NCBI GenBank assembly: GCA_965223705.1
Contig: OZ245015.1
Location: 1,632,001-1,696,000 of the forward strand
Reading direction: 5' to 3'
Length of the DNA: 64,000 bases
From: Myxococcota bacterium
Lineage (GTDB): Bacteria; Myxococcota_A; UBA9160; UBA6930
The notes beneath the pieces were generated by a model. That model was given only the letters and a program-made list of their open reading frames with translations. It was not told the origin of the DNA and did no database searches. Of this stretch, positions 57,622 through 64,000 are shown piece by piece (the stretch's first letter is position 1; every line of letters begins with the position of its first letter). Both the position numbers and the translations under genes were made by a program.

Positions 57622-58890
57622 TTACCGCGGCCTTAGAAGTTTGACTAGGGCTGGATCCCTCAACCGTCCGTATCGTTCTGTGCTCTTGATGTCTGAATGC
57701 CCCAAGATTCGCTGGATGATGTCGAGCGGCACCCCGCCTTCTCGCAGTCCTGTTGCGTAGGAGTGCTTGGTTCCTTCATAGAGCTTTGCGCTTGTCCCAA
57801 CCTTTAAACACGCGCGGTTCCATTCCCTTTCCATCGCGCTCGTAATCCATCGTCGCTCCGGGTTTCTCGCCGTCGGGTTTGGAAACAGGGCGGGCGATAG
57901 GAGGAACGCGGGCCCGCCTGTTCGCATGGCTTCTACTCGCGCCTCGAGCCGCCAACGGATCCAATCGCGGAGTTCGTTATCAACGGGGATGGCGCGGATC
58001 TTCTTCTGCTTCGTGTGTAGGATGGGAGCCGTCGCGTTCGGCCCCTTGTACGCTTTGTCGACGGTAAGCCAACCCTGGCCGTCATCACCCTCCGTGTAGT
58101 CTCCGATCGCACTCGCCCGTGCTTCGCCGGGGCGGAGACCGTGGCAACACGCAAGGAACGCCCCACGCCGCTCGTGAGGAATGGCTTCCTTGACCGCTTG
58201 CTGATCGGACGAGCTGATGATCTGAGGTGAGTGCTCGGGAATTTCGATCCTCGGGAGCTCTGGAATCTGATCGAACGTGATTTCACCCCGTCGCCGTAAC
58301 CAACCGAGGAACGCGCGCAAAGCGCCGAGCACCTTGTTCCGCGTTGCAGGACTAAGCCCGGTTCCGTTTGCGCCGCCCTTTTGGCCGAGCCACAGGTCGA
58401 AGTCGTCGACCAGCCGCGTAGTGACTCCCGTTATGGGGACGTCTTTGAGAAACCCAGGCCAATATCCCGGGTGCAGGACGTAGCGCTCAAGTTCGCGGAC
58501 GTAGGTGGGGCTCAGGCTCCTGGATTCGACGCGCGCTCGTTGATGTTCGAGCCAATTCTTCGCACGCGTAAGGACGAGCTGATCGTCTCGCGTCTTTGCG
58601 AGCCACGGTGAGAGAGCGCTCCCGAGCGTTTGTCCCGCGGCGATGTTGTTGCGAACCGATGCGAGCACGCGGTCGGCGAGCTCGCGGGTAAACTTAATTC
58701 CGCGCCCTCCGGAAGGGTTTGGCACGGACCAGATAGCGCCCTGCCTACCGAAGCAGACGTAGTAGCCGCCCGTCTTTCGCTGCCGGACCTTTCCGATGCT
58801 ATCCGCCACGTCCCAACACATCCCTCGCGCGAGGTCCGGAAGTCGAGTCCTTTCCGCGTTGTTCGCCGACATCAACTGTGAGTGGCACAA
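57622..58890 (-). CDS. Tyrosine recombinase/integrase
   Basis: GLRPGE, TK, YEGTKHS, LGHSDIKSTERY, core-binding segment (SPATRNKVLGALRAFLGW). Adjacent to the att copy. Start codon uncertain. Confidence 0.93.
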   Translation of the reverse strand: MCHSQLMSANNAERTRLPDLARGMCWDVADSIGKVRQRKTGGYYVCFGRQGAIWSVPNPSGGRGIKFTRELADRVLASVRNNIAAGQTLGSALSPWLAKTRDDQLVLTRAKNWLEHQRARVESRSLSPTYVRELERYVLHPGYWPGFLKDVPITGVTTRLVDDFDLWLGQKGGANGTGLSPATRNKVLGALRAFLGWLRRRGEITFDQIPELPRIEIPEHSPQIISSSDQQAVKEAIPHERRGAFLACCHGLRPGEARASAIGDYTEGDDGQGWLTVDKAYKGPNATAPILHTKQKKIRAIPVDNELRDWIRWRLEARVEAMRTGGPAFLLSPALFPNPTARNPERRWITSAMEREWNRACLKVGTSAKLYEGTKHSYATGLREGGVPLDIIQRILGHSDIKSTERYGRLRDPALVKLLRPR

Positions 58891-59119
58891 CCAGAAAAAA
58901 GGTTTTGAAATATTTTGAAAGATTTTGAGCGATGCTCGGCAGTTGCCTATGCACTGCCTTCGGGAGAAGGTCTTAGACGACGGACGCCGTGTGTGCCGCA
59001 GATCGGACGCAGCTGAGGTGCAGCGCGGGGTTCAGCACAACGTCCGCACAACATTGCCCTGTGCAGGGGCTAAAGCCAAGTGGTTGAAATCCCGGAAGAC
59101 GCGACCGCCATCGTCGTCC

Positions 59120-59145
59120 TTCGAGTCCCGTCCGCCCCGCCATTT
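59120..59145 (+). repeat. att core, integrase-proximal copy (3' fragment of tRNA-Asp)
   Basis: Exact copy of 36042-36067. Confidence 0.95.
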
Positions 59146-59899
59146 TTCTAACGATTTCGAATAGTTAATGCGGCTGATTGTCGTGAGCGCAAAGGCCCCC
59201 GAGTTCAGTGAGGGCCATCGGCGACTCCGAGCTATCAGAACGGAGACCGTCGTTCTAGGTCGCGCGAAGTGATCGTTGGATCCACCATTAGTCGGTTGCG
59301 CACCCAATGAAGGATCTCATCGGCGCACTCAGGTACACCGACACGGGCGATCTGCCCTCTCAGGAAGTCGAGCAGGATCTCGGCGTCCCTGTCTTTCTCC
59401 AGGTCTTGAAGCTGGATCACTTGTAAGGCTGTCGCGTAGATCGGCGCGTTGCACGGCATGACCGGAGCGTAACCACAAAAATGTGTCGCCGCGGAACGGT
59501 GATTGCCTCTGCTCGGAACGGCGACTACCGCAGTCGGCGCTTCAAAAACTGGAACAGTTCCGCAGGCTCGGCATCCGCATCAACCGGGCTCCGGGTCTTT
59601 GTAGAACTCCGCGTACCACTCATGGACACGGCGCGTCCTCGGGTCACCTTCGAGCGGCGGCGGCTCGTCTCGGCAAAGCAACATCAAAGCCATGAAGGGC
59701 CGGGACTCCAGGGCGATGCCTTTCGTGATCAGCTCGCGATCGATCGCCCGCATCCGCCTGTCGAACTCTTTGTCGTCCACCAGTCTGAAAAACCCCTTTG
59801 CCGATTCGGAAGCATAGCGGGTATGATTCAGCCTGCCCCGATTCAAAAAGACGGAACTTTTTTCGCGGAGGAGTGGATATTCCCGGTCCCAAAATTACA

Positions 59900-60112
59900 A
59901 TGGGCGATGTGCCCCGGGGTGGTAAGAGGAAAGGCGCCGGTCGTCCGCCGTTGGGTGACGACAAACTCGTACCGGTCGAGGTCTATGTGACGGTCGAGAC
60001 GCGAGAGATCTTCGACCGCGACGCGGAAGATCTAGGCAGATCGCGCAGCGAGCTCATGCGCGAGGAACTCGAGCGCGCCGCTACCCGGCGAGTCAAGAAG
60101 CGCAGCAAGTGA
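59900..60112 (+). CDS. Small DNA-binding protein (GRP/AT-hook-like motif + ribbon-helix-helix)
   Basis: PRGGKRKGAGRPP followed by VEVYV...GRSRSELMREEL. Confidence 0.7.
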   Translation: MGDVPRGGKRKGAGRPPLGDDKLVPVEVYVTVETREIFDRDAEDLGRSRSELMREELERAATRRVKKRSK

Positions 60113-60291
60113 TTTCCTGTCTCTAAAGCCTTCGCGCCATCTAGCCGCGGTCCCAATCGGCCACCACTCCGCCCAGGTTCGCGTGTGCCGCACAAACCCG
60201 AAAATTGGATCACGATTGATGTTGCCCCCAGCGGGACCATCACCATATCTTTCCGTACTTATGTGCAGAAGGTGCATTCTGTGGGGACGGG

Positions 60292-60939
60292 ATGGGTGAT
60301 CACGACGGTAACGAGACTCGCCAAGAGCTCGAAACCGAGAATCGACGGCTAAGAGAACGCCTAAGAAAGCTCAATTCTCTCGGAAACCAAGAGACGCGTG
60401 ACCGAATTATGGAAGCGCTGATCGAAATCGGTAAAGAGAAGGGCCACGCGATCGAACTTCGCGACGTAGTGGAGCGCGTCTCGATCGGTAACAGCACGTT
60501 CTACAAATACTTCGCGAGCCGCATCGAAGCGGTGCAAACACTCGCGCAGCTAATTGTCGGCGACATCTTCGACCGCTCGGTTCACGTGATGGAAATCGAC
60601 GACGCTCTCGAAGCCCTCGAGGCGTGGATGAAAGTCGGCTTCTACAGCGTGGAGCAGTACGGCGCACTCGCCGTCGAGCTCTGCTATCCGGACAGGCTTC
60701 CCGAGTGGCTGTCTCCGATTGAGACCAATGAAGACGTTTACCGGATGACCGGCGCCCTGATCCGGAAGGCTCAGGAACAGCACTACTGCCGAGAGACGCC
60801 GATTCGGCCGGCGGTCCGAACCTGGTTTGCGATGTGCCACCCGGGACGGATGCACGCGTGTGTACGCGATGGCCTCAGTTGGGAAGAGGCGCGCCGGGAA
60901 ACGTTCGACGTCTTTATGATGGCGTACGGCAAGAGGTAG
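60292..60939 (+). CDS. TetR-family regulator with N-terminal coiled coil
   Basis: TRDRIMEA...LRDVVERVSIGNSTFYKYFASR HTH; N-terminal LETENRRLRERL. Confidence 0.8.
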   Translation: MGDHDGNETRQELETENRRLRERLRKLNSLGNQETRDRIMEALIEIGKEKGHAIELRDVVERVSIGNSTFYKYFASRIEAVQTLAQLIVGDIFDRSVHVMEIDDALEALEAWMKVGFYSVEQYGALAVELCYPDRLPEWLSPIETNEDVYRMTGALIRKAQEQHYCRETPIRPAVRTWFAMCHPGRMHACVRDGLSWEEARRETFDVFMMAYGKR

Positions 60940-60942
60940 ATT

Positions 60943-61590
60943 GTGCCGACAGATGACGAACTCCGATCGCAGAACGAAGAGCTCCGCAGCAAGATCGAAC
61001 AGCTCGAGGCGATTCGGGGTCGCAGTCGAAGGGATCAGATCATCGAGGCGGCGCGTGAAGTCGCCAAGGTGAAGGGCTTCGACGCAGACCTTCGCGAGAT
61101 CCTCCACCTAGCCTCAGTATCGACCACGACTTTCTATCGTTACTTCCAAACCCGCGAGGAAGTCATTGCGGAGTTGGTCCGCAGGCTCAATCAACGCGCC
61201 GTTGCGAAGACCTCCGAGCTTCTCGAAGTCGAGGACGGAAAGAAACGGATACTTGAGTGGATGTGCTTCGCGTTCGGCCAGTACACCGAGTACGGAATCC
61301 TGTCCAATGAGATCGCGATTGGCGAAGTGCCGTCACCCTATACGGAGCTTGTCGACTCGTCGGGGATGTGGCGATTCGTGGGCCGCACGGTTCGGGACTG
61401 CAAGGCACAGGGGCATTGCCGAACCGACGTCGACACGCGCGTGGTCGTCCGCACCTACGTCTGGCTCGTTCAGCCTTTTCGGATGAATTGGTGCCGGCGC
61501 GACGGGATGACGGATGAGGAGATCATGGCCGAGACGATGGAGATTTTCTTCCATGCCTTCGCCGCCGATCCCCCGAAAGTGGCCGCGTAA
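60943..61590 (+). CDS. TetR-family regulator with N-terminal coiled coil (paralogue of the upstream gene)
   Basis: RRDQIIEAA...LREILHLASVSTTTFYRYFQTREE; N-terminal LRSQNEELRSKI. Confidence 0.85.
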   Translation: MPTDDELRSQNEELRSKIEQLEAIRGRSRRDQIIEAAREVAKVKGFDADLREILHLASVSTTTFYRYFQTREEVIAELVRRLNQRAVAKTSELLEVEDGKKRILEWMCFAFGQYTEYGILSNEIAIGEVPSPYTELVDSSGMWRFVGRTVRDCKAQGHCRTDVDTRVVVRTYVWLVQPFRMNWCRRDGMTDEEIMAETMEIFFHAFAADPPKVAA

Positions 61591-61711
61591 ACTCAGCCGG
61601 AACCCCGGAAACGTCGTTGCCGGCGTCTCCGGCTCCGGCCGAACCGGCGTCGCGTCCGGTACTCCTCGCAGGACCTGGCCGAAACGGGCAGAGCGAGCGG
61701 CAAACCGCTGA

Positions 61712-62893
61712 TCAGGAAGGCGCGCCTGTTGATCGACCCGGATCGTTCGTCGGCGGGCGTTCCTGCTCGCCCAGCACCCCGGCATCGCGCAAGGCGCGGA
61801 CGGCGCCGGGCGAGCGCCCGAGCCATTCGCGCAGGATTTCCTCGTTGTGCTCGCCCCGATAGGGCGCCGGTCCTCGCACCTGCGCTTTGGCGTTGCTGAA
61901 GTGGTACGGCGCCTGCGTCGTCTGCCGTGTGCCCCCGGCCCGGTCGTCGATCTCGGCCAGGATCTCTCGCGGGCCCACGCTCGGGTTCGTTTGCAGGGCC
62001 TCTTGCCAGGGGCGGACGCGACCCCAGGCGAGGTTGACCTCGTCGAGTAGCGTCGTCGCAGACTCCCAGGTCGGGAGCGAGGCGAGAAAGGCGGCCATCG
62101 CCTCGCGGCGCGCGGCCTCGTCGCCTGGATCTTCGAGACCGCACCGCTTCGCGAGCGTCCGCCACAGAAAGTGGAATGGTGTGGCAATGATCATGCGACC
62201 GCCCGCAACGTCGTAGATGTCTCCGCTCCCAGCGGGTGGGGTATCACCCGCGAGGATCATCGAGACGAAGTCGTCGTGATAGAACTGGGCGTTCACCATC
62301 GACAGGTCGATGTGTTGTCCGACGCCGGTTTCTCGCGCCAACAGCAATGCGGCCAGCACTCCGATGACCCCGTGCACCGACGCTGTCGAGTCGGCCATCG
62401 AGAGCGGAAAATCGACCGGTTGCCGACCGTGGAGGGATGCAAACCGATCGATCAAGCCGGTTTCGGCGTGGAGAATCGGGGCATACGCTGCGCGGTCGCG
62501 CTCGGGGCCTTCCTGACCGAAACCCGAAATCGAAAGCATCACGAGGCGCGGGTTGCGCGCGTGAAGCGCCTCCCAAGACAGGCCGTGGCGATCCATGACA
62601 CCGGGTCGAAAGTTCTCGACCAGCACGTCCGCAACATCAGCGAGTTCGCGAACCAGCTCGTCGGCGCCGGCCGCGCTGAGGTCGATGCAGACATTGCGCT
62701 TGCCCACGTTGTGTTGCGTGTAGTGGCTCGACAGGCCGCCGATCCGGCTCCCGTACGCGCGGGTCAGGTCACCGCGAGGAGGCTCGACCTTGACGACATC
62801 CGCGCCCAGATCGGAGAGGATGCGGGTCGCAAACGGGCCCGAGAGGGCTCGTGTCAGGTCGAGCACCCTGACGCCGTCTAGCGGGAAACGCAT
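61712..62893 (-). CDS. CaiB/BaiF class III CoA-transferase
   Basis: PLDGVRVLDLT...GP...LGADVVKVE, ENFRPG, SISGFGQ and APYRGEH. Confidence 0.95.
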   Translation of the reverse strand: MRFPLDGVRVLDLTRALSGPFATRILSDLGADVVKVEPPRGDLTRAYGSRIGGLSSHYTQHNVGKRNVCIDLSAAGADELVRELADVADVLVENFRPGVMDRHGLSWEALHARNPRLVMLSISGFGQEGPERDRAAYAPILHAETGLIDRFASLHGRQPVDFPLSMADSTASVHGVIGVLAALLLARETGVGQHIDLSMVNAQFYHDDFVSMILAGDTPPAGSGDIYDVAGGRMIIATPFHFLWRTLAKRCGLEDPGDEAARREAMAAFLASLPTWESATTLLDEVNLAWGRVRPWQEALQTNPSVGPREILAEIDDRAGGTRQTTQAPYHFSNAKAQVRGPAPYRGEHNEEILREWLGRSPGAVRALRDAGVLGEQERPPTNDPGRSTGAPS

Positions 62894-62935
62894 ACGGTCC
62901 TCTCATTTCGCGCCGATCCCACCGGACCGTCCGGG

Positions 62936-64000
62936 CTAATCGAGTGCAAACCCCGCGTACCCCTTCGCGGCGACTTCGTCGCAGCGCTCTCGGAAGAGCG
63001 GGATGCCCCCGACGTAGTTGAGGAAGACGCGCTTCTTGCCGGGGATGTTCGCCCCCATAAACCATGAATCGGTCTCGGTGAGAAGGGTCTGGTCCGCGGC
63101 GTCGAGGGCTTCCTTCGTCCAGGCGTCTTCGGCCTCTTGGGTCGCTTCGATCCGGGTGTAGCCGTGCTCTCGCATGTAGGCCATGCAGTCGGTGATCCAC
63201 TCGACGTTCTGTTCCAGGCAGCGCGGGATGTTGCAGAAGCTCGAGGAGTTGTGGGGGCCGCCGGTGATGAACATGTTCGGGAAGCCGACCGTGTTCATGC
63301 CGAGGTAGGCGCTCGGTGCCTCGTCCCAGCGCTCCTTCAGGCTGGCGCCGCCCTCGCCGCGGATATCGATGCGTTTGAGTGCCCCGGTTACCGCGTCGAA
63401 CCCCGTCGCGAAGATCACGACGTCGAAGGCGAACTCGGCGTCGCTCGTCGCGATCCCCGTTTCGGTGAAGCGTTCGATGGGCGTGGCATTCAGGTCGATG
63501 AGGTGCACGTTCGGGCGGTTGTAGGCTTCGTAGTAGCCGCTTTCCATGGGTTGGCGCTTCGTGCCGAAGGGGTGGCAGGTGGGGGCGAGCAAGTCGGCCA
63601 CCGCGGGATCGTCGACACGCTCGCGGATCTTCTTGCGGATGAACTCCGAGACCACTTCGTTCGCCGCTTTGTCCGTCATGACGTCGGCGAACCCCCCGAG
63701 CCAGAACTTGAAACCCTTCTGGTTCCACGCCTCCTCGAGGTACGCCTCGCGCGCTTCGTCGTCGAGGTCGAACACGCCGCGCTCGTCGAAATCGTGGATG
63801 AACCCGCCGAAGGTGTTGTTGCAGCGCTCGAAGATCTCCGGGTAGCGGGCCTTGATGTCGCGCTGTTCCGCGGGCGTGATCTCGGCGTTCCAGAGCGGCT
63901 TGCAGTAGTTCGGCGTGCGTTGGAACACCGTGAGGTCGCCGACGTTCTTGGCAACCTCCGCGATCATCTGCACCGCTGTGGCCCCTGTGCCGATCACGCC
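62936..64000 (-). CDS. Baeyer-Villiger (cyclohexanone-type) flavin monooxygenase, 5' part outside the window
   Basis: IGTGATAVQ, VFQRTPNY, FGTKR, FATGFDA and SWFMGANIPGK. Confidence 0.93.
   Translation of the reverse strand, partial: GVIGTGATAVQMIAEVAKNVGDLTVFQRTPNYCKPLWNAEITPAEQRDIKARYPEIFERCNNTFGGFIHDFDERGVFDLDDEAREAYLEEAWNQKGFKFWLGGFADVMTDKAANEVVSEFIRKKIRERVDDPAVADLLAPTCHPFGTKRQPMESGYYEAYNRPNVHLIDLNATPIERFTETGIATSDAEFAFDVVIFATGFDAVTGALKRIDIRGEGGASLKERWDEAPSAYLGMNTVGFPNMFITGGPHNSSSFCNIPRCLEQNVEWITDCMAYMREHGYTRIEATQEAEDAWTKEALDAADQTLLTETDSWFMGANIPGKKRVFLNYVGGIPLFRERCDEVAAKGYAGFALD

Larger units (their letters stand above)
36042..59145. mobile_element. ~23 kb integrative element / defence island inserted at tRNA-Asp
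   Basis: Flanked by an exact 26-bp direct repeat of the tRNA 3' end, tyrosine integrase adjacent to the distal copy, defence cargo, parts visibly lower in GC than the flanks. Confidence 0.93.

Noticed and set aside
36042..59145. Prophage or conjugative element
   Set aside because: No recognisable structural, terminase, relaxase or T4SS genes.
59235..59846. TGA read-through (selenocysteine) joining two in-frame small ORFs
   Set aside because: The frame is open across the TGA at 59580-59582, but I see no recognisable selenoprotein family or SECIS-like hairpin.

Overview
High-GC bacterial DNA with three parts. (1) 1-35.9 kb: a HAD hydrolase, an RND efflux operon and a 4.7 kaa LEPR-xLL/DUF4347 multi-lectin adhesin. 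Divergently transcribed from it is a type I secretion-like cluster that lacks an ABC transporter (GAF-HlyD, M50 peptidase-HlyD, short SecA-like ATPase, extra MFP), next to c-di-GMP and two-component genes. (2) A ~23 kb integrative element at tRNA-Asp(GTC), bounded by an exact 26-bp direct repeat (36042-36067 and 59120-59145), with a tyrosine integrase at its far end. It is a defence island: an RtcR-like (putative CARF) sigma54 enhancer-binding protein, two consensus sigma54 promoters, a type I R-M operon extended by an ABC-type ATPase and a PLD-like gene, a repeat-containing coiled-coil PD-(D/E)xK protein and a fused SIR2-APAZ-short Argonaute. (3) 59.1-64 kb: a possible remnant of an older element (RHH, two coiled-coil TetR paralogues), then a CoA-transferase and a Baeyer-Villiger monooxygenase. 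The best candidates for a new system are the apparently sigma54-inducible defence regulon and the SecA/M50-driven adhesin export module. All calls come from motif recognition by eye; no searches were run.
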